A program made the translations under genes and the position numbers. DNA of 63,692 nucleotides, the filler included, from Octopus bimaculoides (taxonomy: Eukaryota): NCBI RefSeq assembly GCF_001194135.2. It is 5 parts of 5 records of this genome, joined end to end, with 100 filler letters (N's around TTAATTAATTAA, not from the genome) between each part and the next. Parts side by side here need not be neighbours in the genome. Positions count along the whole stretch, not along the records: positions 50,535 to 62,312 come from NC_068990.1; positions 62,413 to 63,692 come from NC_068983.1; 3 more parts are not named here. One strand, written 5' to 3'. The first letter of the stretch is position 1. Every line of letters begins with the position of its first letter. The notes below the pieces were generated by a model. The model was not told where the DNA came from, did no database searches, and was given only the letters and a program-made list of their open reading frames with translations. Positions 52,396 through 63,513 of this stretch are shown here, one piece after another.

Positions 52396-52493
52396 TTATA
52401 TATGTATAATGTATATATATGTGTATACATAATGTATGTATAGATACATATGTATATGATTGTGTGTATATATATATGTGCGTGTGTGTGTAG

Positions 52494-52592
<99 letters not shown>

Positions 52593-52970
52593 TACATACA
52601 CACATACATATACATGAATATATATACATAGAGACGCACACACACGCACCACACACCACACGCACGCACCACACACCACATACCACACACATACCCGCAC
52701 CCCACCTTGTCACTTTGTGTTTCCAGATGTTTCTAGTTCTCCTGAACTTTTCCACCCGCAGTTCTCCCTTATAGCAACACACGCTGTACCTAGGCAGGGG
52801 TCAAGCAAACTATGTCATGTTCTATTGTCTCGCCTCCCATCACCGATCATGTTTCAGACCACCGTATTAAACCCTATCACTTCTTCCATTTTTCACAGCT
52901 GAGCAAATAAATAGCGCCTCCTTTCAATCGCAATATAAATCTTTGTCTTTCAGTGGCAGAAATACATCTA

Positions 52971-53024
<54 letters not shown>

Positions 53025-53027
<3 letters not shown>

Positions 53028-53460
53028 GTATCTGTCAAGACCTACCAAAAACTGAGCAAATATAAAGATCTTGAAATAGAAATTAGCAAAATGTGGAATC
53101 TGAAGACGAAAACAATACCTATTGTCATAGGTGCCCTGGGAATGACAGCGAAACGGGCTGATTACTACCTAGCTCAGATACCAGGAAACCCCAAAATGGC
53201 TGAAGTTCAAAAGATAGTGCTCATGGGAACTGCCCATATCCTACGTAAAATACTGTCTATGTGATCTCAAATTTTAAAGCAAACACATAATTTTCTTATG
53301 GTTTCTTAAACATTCACTTGAACAAAACTGTACAAATCCAAATATATGGTACCCTAGGCATAACACCTACATGAACTTCTAACTTGTTGTCTCTTGAGGT
53401 CTCTGGGTGAGACTTGGATCCAACTTGTACAAATGCAAAACAAAAGTCAAACATAAAATA
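53025..53460 (+). mobile_element. 5'-truncated Dong/R4-like LINE inserted in (TAA)n
   Basis: Open frame YQKLSKYKDLEIEISKMWNLKTKTIPIVIGALG...VQKIVLMGTAHILRKILSM* (RLE C-terminus), ~195-bp 3' UTR, (AAT)n on both sides. Confidence 0.9.
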
Positions 53461-53485
53461 ATAATAATAATGATGATGATGATGT

Positions 53486-53534
<49 letters not shown>

Positions 53535-53603
53535 ATGTGTATATAACACTAGTGATGGTAGTGGTGTTGTTATTGTTGGTGGTGGTGTTGGTGGTGGTGG
53601 TAA

Positions 53604-53642
<39 letters not shown>

Positions 53643-53665
53643 GAGGAGGAGGAGGAGGAGGAGTG
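53461..53665. repeat. Trinucleotide mosaic (AAT)/(GAT)/(GGT)/(AGT)/(AGG)
   Basis: Direct inspection. Confidence 0.95.
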
Positions 53666-53689
53666 ATTTTGTTTTTTTTATTACATCTA

Positions 53690-54245
53690 GATACACGACC
53701 AGAAATTCTGTCGAACGCTACCGATGGAGTACCCGGCAGTGGCTCTCATGGCGTCTGATCTTAACTGCTTGAAAGTGTTATCAAGTACGTTGTTTTGTCT
53801 TGGTATAAAAGATGGACCTCAGCAAATATTCTACTCAATACCACAGATTTACTTGTCAGTTGTTTGACCTTAACCAGTTGAGCATGCCCCTTGGTGGCTG
53901 AAGTAGTGGGGGAACCTCATAGCCATATGCTGAGAGGAATTCTTCGGAGCGTGGATAATTCACCTTTGGAAACATAGGTGTTTCATTCAACATCCCTAAA
54001 CAACCCTTATTCAGAGATCTTTTGAGCGGGATAGGTTACTCGACCCGAAGTAAATTCTAACCGGGCCCCACCTGCAAGGTCATGCGCTATTTATCTGGAT
54101 ATAAAATCACGATGTCACGCACATATGGTTGTGATGCATGTGCCTGGTGTCCCCTTATCAGAGGGAGTAATCATGATGGGTATACTGGGTTTCCTTATTT
54201 GTACCCCAGTGTCACTTAGATGGTATGCGCTGCTCTCCTACTCAA
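53690..54245. repeat. About 550-bp non-coding interspersed repeat ending ctcaat-(agt)n
   Basis: Recognised from memory as an abundant octopus-type repeat; single copy here; several local hairpins. Not verifiable within the window. Confidence 0.45.
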
Positions 54246-54260
54246 TAGTAGTAGTAGTAA

Positions 54261-54360
54261 TGATTTCAAATTTTGGCACAAGGTCAGTAATTACGGGACA
54301 GGGACCAAGTTCGTTGCATGGAACCCCGGTGCTCAACTGGTGCTTATCATATCGACCGCA
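54261..54360 (-). mobile_element. SINE family A, 3' half
   Basis: atttcaaattttggcacaaggtcagtaatt..gctcaactggtgcttat..atcgacc. Confidence 0.75.
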
Positions 54361-54374
54361 CAAAAAAAAGATGA

Positions 54375-55110
54375 TGAACCGGGTCACATTCTCACACAGT
54401 CCAAGAAAATCTTCTTGTAGTGTAGCATCTATGCGCATCGGCAACCATAGCATGCCTAGGCCGTCTTCCAAAGGGCGCTGGCAACAGATGAACAACCTGA
54501 CTACTGCAACGAATCCCTTCTACGGGATGCAAAACAGGAAACGCTCCGATCTAGTCAAACGAGGACTGGGGGCCAAGCACAACGGTCAGGCGGTAATTTA
54601 CGATGGCAAGGACGTAGGCATGCACAACCGCTGCGCGACTTGTCAGGGATGGCTTCCTCTCAGACCATTTCTAAGAGAGGCTAGCCACACTACAAATAAT
54701 CTAATCTCGTCTCAGTTCTTGTCTACCTGAAAGTCCGATCCGGAGAAAACTCCGAACGAATTGTTTAAGCGGTCTGTCTGTCCAGCGACCTTCAGCGCTG
54801 ATTGGCAACATAGACTTACTTCTCCAGGTTTTGTATTCCGAACCTACAGACTTGTACGGGTTTATATTTGCTCCGGCCATTAGATCGTACTCCTGTAAAT
54901 TAGAACCGACTACTTCCACTTCTATGGTGTCGAACACCATCGCTGTAACGCCAACACAGATCTTGCGGATCCCAGTTCGAAAGGGACGCTCCTTAAGAGA
55001 TGTAACTTCCGTAGTTCTAGTTCGAGAACCAAAATGCTCGAGGTACATATGAAGGAGACGAGAGAAAAGGGAACTCCTGGGGAAAAGGGAACGACAATGT
55101 GATAAGAAAA
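54375..55110 (-). mobile_element. Tx1-like (L1 clade) LINE RT fragment
   Basis: YDLMAGANINPYKSVG..WRSKSM..GRWTDRPLK; DFQVDKN; NYRLTVV..ICCQRPLEDGLGMLWLPMR, homologous to the 32265-32735 segment. Confidence 0.85.
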
Positions 55111-55305
55111 AAAGGTTCCGGGAAGTGGTCATTCACTCGAACCATCAAACAAAATGTCACTGTGTGTGCTCCTTCTTTCCTATCGTTTCTAAACATAAAA
55201 TACACACACACACACATGATCGTACACTCAATGGCACACGGAAGCGAGCAAGCCGAAATTTTGAAATCACAGTCTACGTTTCCTTGTAAAAGTCTAATAA
55301 GCATT

Positions 55306-55414
55306 TACGAGGGGTTTCTGAAGTCTTGAGCTTAAAGAAAGAAAAACATGGTACAAGACTTCTGATGAAGGTACAAAACTTCAAGGCTCAAAGACCTTTC
55401 ATATGCCCTACGGA
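55306..55414. mobile_element. Small mariner-type MITE, about 110 bp
   Basis: tacgaggggtttctgaagtcttgagctt and aaggctcaaagacctttcatatgccctacgga form imperfect TIRs. Confidence 0.55.
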
Positions 55415-56010
55415 CCCTACTAAAACGTATTGAGTAATTCTCCAGTTTTATCTTAAATCATTTTTATATCTAACACGACGTAAAAACATACATACACACA
55501 TATATATATATATATTTATATATATATATATAATATATATATATATATACAGAGAGAGAGAGAGGTGGAGTAAAAGACGGAAAGGGAAAGAGAGATACAT
55601 ACATATGAGTGTGTGTGTGTCTAGACATCCACGCCGCGCAGCCTACTTCTGCCGTCAAGATAGCTCATACACAGGAAGGAGGATTTTCGCCCTGATTCTC
55701 AGCAAAGGTCGGGCAGCTGGTACATTTTTCGACTAAGAGACTATACACAGAAGTGTACTGGCCAAGTTAGTATGATGGTATCTGGAATTTGGTATCTGCT
55801 ATTTGAACTCCTCTTAACCAGAAGACGATCGTATGGGAAACTTGTTTGAATTCACGTCTGTATGTGTCTTTATAGGTGAATGTGTGTGAGTGCTAATGTG
55901 TACGCATATTCTTTGCGACCCTGTCACAAGGCCCGGAAAGACATAAACCAACTTTAAAAAGTATATACGGAAGAAACAGTCACGAGAGATGAAATCCCCA
56001 TGGAAATAAT

Positions 56011-56137
56011 ATATCGGTCCAGAAAGGATGAACGGCAAAGTTGACCTCGGCGGAATTTGAACTCAGAACATAAAGACAGACGAAATACCTCAAAGCATTT
56101 CGCCCGGCGTGCTAACCTTTCTGCCACCTCGCCGCCT
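56011..56137 (-). mobile_element. SINE family A, 5' two-thirds
   Basis: ggcaaagttgacctcggcggaatttgaactcagaac..aagcatttcgcccggcgtgctaac..ctcgccgcct. Confidence 0.9.
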
Positions 56138-56554
56138 ATATAATATCATATAATATAATATAATATAATAGTGTATAAGAATTTATACATGGAGAGGAGA
56201 CCACCGTGTGGACGCCTTACATGCTAGAGAAGGCAGTCAAAACCCGAACCATGAAAAAACATTCTTACTTTATTGCACGTTGCTTATAAGCGAACAGGAC
56301 AGACACTTGAATGAATAAAAATCTCTATATATTATTTAAGTCGAAGTATACAGTATTATAGTCCCATTTCAGTTACGGAAGACCTTCCCTGTGTGTTTCG
56401 TACCGGATGTTATCAAATACTTGCGCTCTTCAGAGATAGGAGATATTGAAAAAGTGGTAACTGCATTCTTTCACTGGAGATGAGGAAGCGCCACTCAATT
56501 GACAAATATATAAGTGTTTATTTTTTCTGAATTATGGATTTTTGAAGGATATTT

Positions 56555-56895
56555 ATATACGTGTGTGTGTGTGTGCGTGTGTGTGTGCGTGCGTGCGCTT
56601 GCGTGCGTGCACTTGCGTGCGTGCGCTTGCGTGTCTGCGTATGTGTTGGTGTGTATGTGTTTGTACGTGTGTATGTGCGTGCGCAATTGCGTGCGCAATT
56701 GCGTGCGTACGTGCGTGCGTACGTGCGTGCGTACGTGCGTGCGTACGTGCGTGCGTACGTGCGTGCGTACGTGCGTGCGTACGTGCGTGTGTGTGTGTGG
56801 GGGGGGCAAGTGTGTGTGTGTGTGCATGCGTGCGTGTGTGTGTGCGTNNNNNNNNNNNNNNNNNTGTGCGTGTGTGTGTGCGTGCGTGTGTGTGA
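56555..56895. repeat. (GT)n/(GTGC)n mosaic with a 12-bp unit (gtgcgtgcgtac) repeated about 7 times
   Basis: Direct inspection. Confidence 0.95.
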
Positions 56896-57054
56896 GACAG
56901 AGAAAAAAAGCAGATAGAACAGGAAAAAGTGAAACTAAAAAGGTTAAACAGTACTACTGGCACGCATACATACATTGCATATATACACACATAAATGTAT
57001 GCATATATACATGCATGCATACATATATAGATACACACACACATACACACACAT

Positions 57055-57095
<41 letters not shown>

Positions 57096-57538
57096 CATAC
57101 GCGAGTACATATATATCAATATACATGCTCACATAAATATATACCTTTATTCACACAGACACTGCAGCTAATATGTGTATGTACTCAAGCATATACACAC
57201 ATACGCATATATATGTGTGCATGTGTCTGTTATATATGTATATAGATATATATACATAGACGTATAAATATGTAACACTCGCACATGCACGCCACGCACA
57301 TACATATACGTACATATAGAAATATACAGTCACGCACACACACCCACACACCCACTCACACACATACACACGCACGCACACATGCTTATTAGGTGCTGCT
57401 CCGTGTATACACAGACAGTGGAATTAGGTATTCTAGAATTACATGTTATGTTAATTCAGGAATTTAACTACTCTGTTATTATAACCCCTTTTCTTTCTCT
57501 CTGTATCTCTCACACACTCTTTAAGACACACTGCTCCT

Positions 57539-57539
<1 letters not shown>

Positions 57540-57629
<90 letters not shown>

Positions 57630-57829
57630 ACACACACACACACGCACACACACACACATATATATACGTATATATACATACATATATCTCTATACATGTA
57701 TATGCATATATGCATCCACACACACACACATAAAGATATACACACACAGCACACACACATATTCACATAAAGACATACACACACATATATATTTATATAT
57801 GAACCTACACATGTCTATACTCACACATG

Positions 57830-57875
<46 letters not shown>

Positions 57876-57950
57876 CATGTACATGTATATGTATGTATGT
57901 ATGTATGTATGTATGCATATATGTATGTGTGTGTGTGTAAGTGTATGTAC
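57540..57950. repeat. (CA)n/(TA)n/(TATG)n mosaic
   Basis: Direct inspection. Confidence 0.95.
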
Positions 57951-58137
57951 ACCATGATGACCGAGTACTTTAATGAATTTCATGATTGGGGGTGGATGAA
58001 TAACGACTGCAGGGTGTAATATTTATACGAGAATGGTTCGCCTATGCACACGCACTCACAGAGTGTTATACATGGATACAAACACACGCACTCAAATACA
58101 TATATTTATGTGTGTGTTTGTATCTACACGTATATGC

Positions 58138-58176
<39 letters not shown>

Positions 58177-58903
58177 NNNNNNNNNNNNNNNNNNNNNNNN
58201 NNNNNNNNNNNNNNNNNNNNNNNNNNNNNNNNNNNNNNNNNNNNNNNNNNNNNNNNNNNNNNNNNNNNNNNNNNNNNNNNNNNNNNNNNNNNNNNNNNNN
58301 NNNNNNNNNNNNNNNNNNNNNNNNNNNNNNNNNNNNNNNNNNNNNNNNNNNNNNNNNNNNNNNNNNNNNNNNNNNNNNNNNNNNNNNNNNNNNNNNNNNN
58401 NNNNNNNNNNNNNNNNNNNNNNNNNNNNNNNNNNNNNNNNNNNNNNNNNNNNNNNNNNNNNNNNNNNNNNNNNNNNNNNNNNNNNNNNNNNNNNNNNNNN
58501 NNNNNNNNNNNNNNNNNNNNNNNNNNNNNNNNNNNNNNNNNNNNNNNNNNNNNNNNNNNNNNNNNNNNNNNNNNNNNNNNNNNNNNNNNNNNNNNNNNNN
58601 NNNNNNNNNNNNNNNNNNNNNNNNNNNNNNNNNNNNNNNNNNNNNNNNNNNNNNNNNNNNNNNNNNNNNNNNNNNNNNNNNNNNNNNNNNNNNNNNNNNN
58701 NNNNNNNNNNNNNNNNNNNNNNNNNNNNNNNNNNNNNNNNNNNNNNNNNNNNNNNNNNNNNNNNNNNNNNNNNNNNNNNNNNNNNNNNNNNNNNNNNNNN
58801 NNNNNNNNNNNNNNNNNNNNNNNNNNNNNNNNNNNNNNNNNNNNNNNNNNNNNNNNNNNNNNNNNNNNNNNNNNNNNNNNNNNNNNNNNNNNNNNNNNNN
58901 NNN

Positions 58904-58957
<54 letters not shown>

Positions 58958-59568
58958 CGTCTGTCTCTCACTTGTTAATCTGCTGAGCAGAGGCGTTTAA
59001 TGTTTTTACCTAAATTTAGATTAGAATAAACAAGACATACGATATCGGAAAAAAGTATAAGAATACGGAAAATAAAAACAAGAAAATCAGGAAATAAAAA
59101 GGCATAAAAACAACCCATAGAAAAAAAAACAACAAACAAATGAATCAACTTTAACAGCGGTGTAATTATTATTGCTGGTTGGTCGGCTATTTGGGAGCGG
59201 AGTGAATCAATAAATAGCACTTATGTCTCGCGACCGCCATAGAAGGTTCTATGGTTGAGTGGAGGGCAGGTGTGGTGGTGCCAGATACAGCACCAGTTAC
59301 GAATAGTTACTGTGTGGCGTCATAGGACATTGGATTTATTTGCCGCCATTGCATCGCCGTCCCCGATGCCGCTGCCTCTTCCGTTTGTAAACACACACAC
59401 CCGTACACATACATACACGAATGCACGCATGCATGCACGCAAGATCCTCGTCGGAAGTGAAACAGTCAATTCTATAGACGATTGTCAGTATGCATCTAAT
59501 GTATAAATCCATGACTATACCTATTTGTTATAAAATAGATATTGGAAAAAATTATAGAATACAATAAT

Positions 59569-59615
<47 letters not shown>

Positions 59616-59643
59616 TGATGATGATGATGATGATAAAAACATA

Positions 59644-59806
59644 GGCGCGGGAGTGGCTGTGCGGTAAGTAGCTTGCTTATCAACCACATAGTTCCGAGTT
59701 CAGTCCCACTGCGTGGCACCATGGTCAAGAGTCTTCTATTACAGCCTCGGGCCGACCAAAACCTTGTGAGTGGAGTTGGTAGACGAAAACTGAAAGAAGT
59801 TTGTTG

Positions 59807-59812
<6 letters not shown>
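59644..59812 (+). mobile_element. SINE family B, intact head and core
   Basis: A box gtggctgtgcggt, B box gagttcagtccc, core gcctcgggccgacc..ttgtgagtggagttggtagacg, then (TATG)n. Confidence 0.92.
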
Positions 59813-59839
<27 letters not shown>

Positions 59840-60769
59840 ATATATATATATTAATGTCGAACGACAAGAATGGATGCTCAACACCGCATTGGTGGACAGA
59901 ATTTCTTTATTTGTGTATTAAGGCTACCATCGATTTCCTGTTAACAAAATATCTTAATACCTTAATTTTTCAAGCCGATGACATGCAGGAATGGTGTTCG
60001 TCTCCATTATGTATACATGCATACATACATACATACATACATACATACATACATACATACATACATACATACATGCACGCATTCACACGCATTCACACAC
60101 ACACGTATACATGATGTCAGAGACGCGATTTTGTGCATAACGTCACTTGATTGTTCGGTAAAACATAAGCAGTAAGCATGTGGCTTTCAGTTCTGCTGGG
60201 AGCCTACACTTCCCTGCACAGGTGCGGCAGTGATGGATAACCCCCATGTTCAAACGTACCTTCATTCCATCATGAGATATTTTCTCGAGTGTTTTGCTAT
60301 TTTGCCAACCACATTATGCAAAGCATAAAAGAGATGTTAAGAAACTCAAATAATGCCTGAGATTTTTAGAATGTGAAAGGCCTTGTGCAGAGCCAGTCTC
60401 ATTCTCTAAACAACATGTGGTTTTGGCCCCTAAAAAAGAACTAGTCTAGATTTTCCCAAAATGAAGAACTATTCTAGAAGCAAGCGAAGTCGCAGGTGTA
60501 TGATCAGAGCTGTCCGTCTCCTAAAGAGAAAGAAGTCTAAGCAAAGAGTAGGTGTCTCTCACTCACAGTTGTTGAATGACCGTTGACTGAGTCCATTCGC
60601 CCTTCGACATTCTCCTTATCAAGCAAGCTTGGTACTGTTGTTGTCGGAGTAGTCGCCGACGGCCCAACTATGCGATAGTTTGTACAGGGTTACATGCTAC
60701 CAGTAGCACTAAGGTTGACTCGACATATATACATACACACACACACAAATACACACACATGTATATATA

Positions 60770-60819
<50 letters not shown>

Positions 60820-61583
60820 CATACATGTGCATATATATGCATGTGTATATGTGTGGGGGGAGGCAGAGAGAGAGGAGAAGAAAGAGGAAAAGAGAGGGAG
60901 AAACTGAGAAGCTATCAAGTTCCCAACATTTGACCGAGAACGCCGTGTCACATATCTATGGAAGCCATTACACGTGATCAGCAGCTGTCACATAATGTCG
61001 TTAAGCTACACTCTTGCTGCATGTCACGACGTTGTTACAATGGTCTGCAATAAATAAATATTTCTAAATGTTGAATTCACACAAATGATTTGATCCTATA
61101 TCCCGCTCAAGACGTCCATTGGAAGAATATAGCTATATTTTATATAATTTCATAAATCTCTCTTTGAGACATTTAGAATTAATAATATTTCCATCGAGTT
61201 TGGTTATTAAATACATTGTTTATGGTTGCTGTAAACATAAAGTACACATATCAAGGCTATGCTGGACGTTTTGTGATTCAATCTTGGCTGTCAATCCCAC
61301 CGCATTATGTAAATTTCTTTATACTCGTCCGAATGTTCACATTATACCTTTCAGAATATACATCCTTAGTAAGAGCAGGAAATATATTTTCTTAAAAGAG
61401 GATGAGGTCTAAAGAGGGTGAGGTCTAAAGAGGGATGAAACTAGAAGAAAATCAAAACATGTGTGATTTATTAATCATTAGAATTTTTTAAACCTCATCA
61501 GTTCCTGTAGCTTATTCAGGGGTTATATCTTCGCAGAAAGAATAAATATTAGTTTATTAAATATGCTGTATAACAGTGGTTCC

Positions 61584-61911
61584 AAATTAGGCTTCTCAAA
61601 ACCAGAAAGGAGAAAGCTAATTCGAAGACTACAGATCCAATCCATCACTGGAACTGTAAAAATCTGAAAAACTTTCCAGAAGTTTATCATTTCAATATAT
61701 CTAGATATGCAAATATATGCATGAGAATATATACATAAAACATACAAATCTGCACATATACATACACACATACATACATACATACATACATTCATACATA
61801 CAAAAATACCCTGTTGATGTTGTTGAAATTCCAATGAAGGAGCCTTGAATCTAGGTTAGAAACCGGTTCTATCCCAATTGGCAAGAAATCTTGAAATAAA
61901 CTGAATAATGA
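61584..61911 (+). mobile_element. RLE-type LINE extreme 3' end with 3' UTR, followed by (CATA)n
   Basis: KLGFSKPERRKLIRRLQIQSITGTVKI*KTFQKFII; homologous to the C-termini at 15380, 22950 (minus) and 26240. Confidence 0.8.
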
Positions 61912-62266
61912 CATACATGCATACATACATATGCAACTCTGTGTGTGTGTGCATGTGTGTGTATGTGTGTGTGTGTGTATGGGGTGTTCGTGTGTATAGT
62001 GATGGATTCAAGGGTTTCGTTTGTTTACGAATTGATTTCTTAATTCCACCGTTTTAGGCTTCTAATCCTCTTTTAGTCAAACACTTACAAATTTTAATTC
62101 AGTTCAATTAAAAAGCACGGGTAAGCAACGCATTGTAAGCCATATTGTGTTCTGCGAAAAGATTTATCTGTGTTGCAGGGTATGCACCGCCCCCGCCGAT
62201 GCCCTTCTTATTCATTTCAATTTTGTGTTTTGTAATCTTATTGATTTTAATGTTTATGTGTATACT

Positions 62267-62312
<46 letters not shown>

Positions 62313-62412
62313 NNNNNNNNNNNNNNNNNNNNNNNNNNNNNNNNNNNNNNNNNNNNTTAATTAATTAANNNNNNNNNNNNNNNNNNNNNNNNNNNNNNNN
62401 NNNNNNNNNNNN

Positions 62413-62760
62413 TAACATGTCTTTTAAGACCCCCATTGGATTTTCAAACCCTCTGGCACACACCACATTCAAACGTGTGCACAGACATATAATCAGAATA
62501 GCTGGGTGAGGTTTGTTTTCCATGGGTTCGCAGGTGAGATTTCAGGCCAGCCAAGGACAGACATGGTCTGTCACAGACTGTGCACACAAAAAGGTCCTTG
62601 TCATTCACCTTCTCAGTCTTCACCTTTTTCCTTAAATGTCTCTTGAGCCCTGCTTGCATCATCCTGGCCTCTTCAGTTTAGGGCAGCTGTGTCAAATTCT
62701 CTTATACACCAGATGTGCCATCAAAACTCTTGATTAGACCATGTCAGGTGGGGGAGAAGA
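62413..62760 (-). mobile_element. RTE-like LINE 3' region with C2H2 zinc fingers, cut by gap
   Basis: ORF 62444-62662: LFVCTVCDRPCLSLAGLKSHLRTH...FECGVCQRV*KSNGGLKRHV; collinear with 26800-27020. Confidence 0.65.
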
Positions 62761-62769
62761 GCCATGCAA

Positions 62770-62852
62770 GGAACGTGAAAATCACGGTGGTGCACCAGCA
62801 TGACCTCAGCCACTTGGCTCAAACACATAAATAAATAAATAAATAAATAAAT
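62770..62852 (+). mobile_element. Retroelement 3' tail with (TAAA)n
   Basis: ggtgcaccagcatgacctcagccacttggctcaaacacataaataaat resembles the SINE B tail and is re-used at 63512-63546. Confidence 0.65.
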
Positions 62853-62884
62853 ACATGTATATATATATATACATATATACATAC

Positions 62885-63350
62885 ACGTAAAAATTTAAGG
62901 AATGGAGTAAACGCATGTTATAACTGCATACTTTATTCCGACATATGTTTCGAAGAATTACAATTTATGCGATCCATAGGAATCGTCGATGTTAAAAATG
63001 TAAACTTCTCCTCAGGGAATGTATGGGAACCATCTTAAACGTAAGACATTATGAGCGAGTATGATAACTATAATTGGATAAGGTTATGACGTAATTCATT
63101 TGAAAAAAACCGTTGGAGATTTGGACGCTACCAGATAGTAGGTTGGACAAGAAAAAAAAAACTGGAAGAGATAGAGGGAAAGAAAAATTCAGAGTGTAGA
63201 TTTGTTAGTAGATAGGATAGTATAGATCTAATTAAAAAAAATTTTATTGGAGAGGGATGTTATGTAATAAAAAGGCAATATAATTGGGGTTAATACTGTG
63301 TTTTTTATGAAAAAATTGAGATGAATGTACATAAACACTTATAATTATGT
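62885..63350 (-). mobile_element. Probable Penelope-like pseudo-LTR
   Basis: AT-rich non-coding segment carrying a minimal-stem-III type I hammerhead followed by aataaa; inferred from the known PLE-hammerhead association. Confidence 0.55.
62927..63025 (-). ncRNA. Type I hammerhead ribozyme, core intact, predicted cleavage after GUC (between 62940 and 62939)
   Basis: Minus strand: catac-attcc / CTGAGGA / gaag...cttc / GAAA / c-atat-g / TC / ggaat-aaa-gtatg. All core nucleotides and the three stems are present. Confidence 0.85.
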
Positions 63351-63473
63351 GTATGCTCATATATGCACACAAACAAATCCACATTTACACCCATAAGTTC
63401 ATGTATGTATATTTATATACATACCCATGTCAAAACTCACACTCATATATACATACGAACACACACACACATA

Positions 63474-63513
63474 TAGGGTTAGGGTTACCCTAACCCTAAC
63501 CCTAACCCTAACC
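63474..63513. repeat. Interstitial telomeric repeats joined head-to-head: about 2x TTAGGG then (CCCTAA)4
   Basis: tagggttagggtta-ccctaaccctaaccctaaccctaacc read directly. Confidence 0.9.

Noticed and set aside
60130-61060. Complex non-microsatellite sequence, with a tgtcaca...tgttaca segment suggesting a tiny LTR
   Set aside because: No second LTR, TSD or recognisable ORF; probably a repeat UTR that I cannot assign.
61399-61436. Short tandem duplication of gaggtctaaagagg
   Set aside because: Ordinary slippage duplication; a similar one lies at about 6503-6536.
61455-61510. Minus-strand ctgatgaggttt...aaatc-acacatgt
   Set aside because: No GAAA and no credible stem I.
31248-62368. Four isolated ttaattaattaa islands resembling a dispersed motif
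   Set aside because: Each is centred in a 44N+12+44N block; this is a scaffolding spacer.
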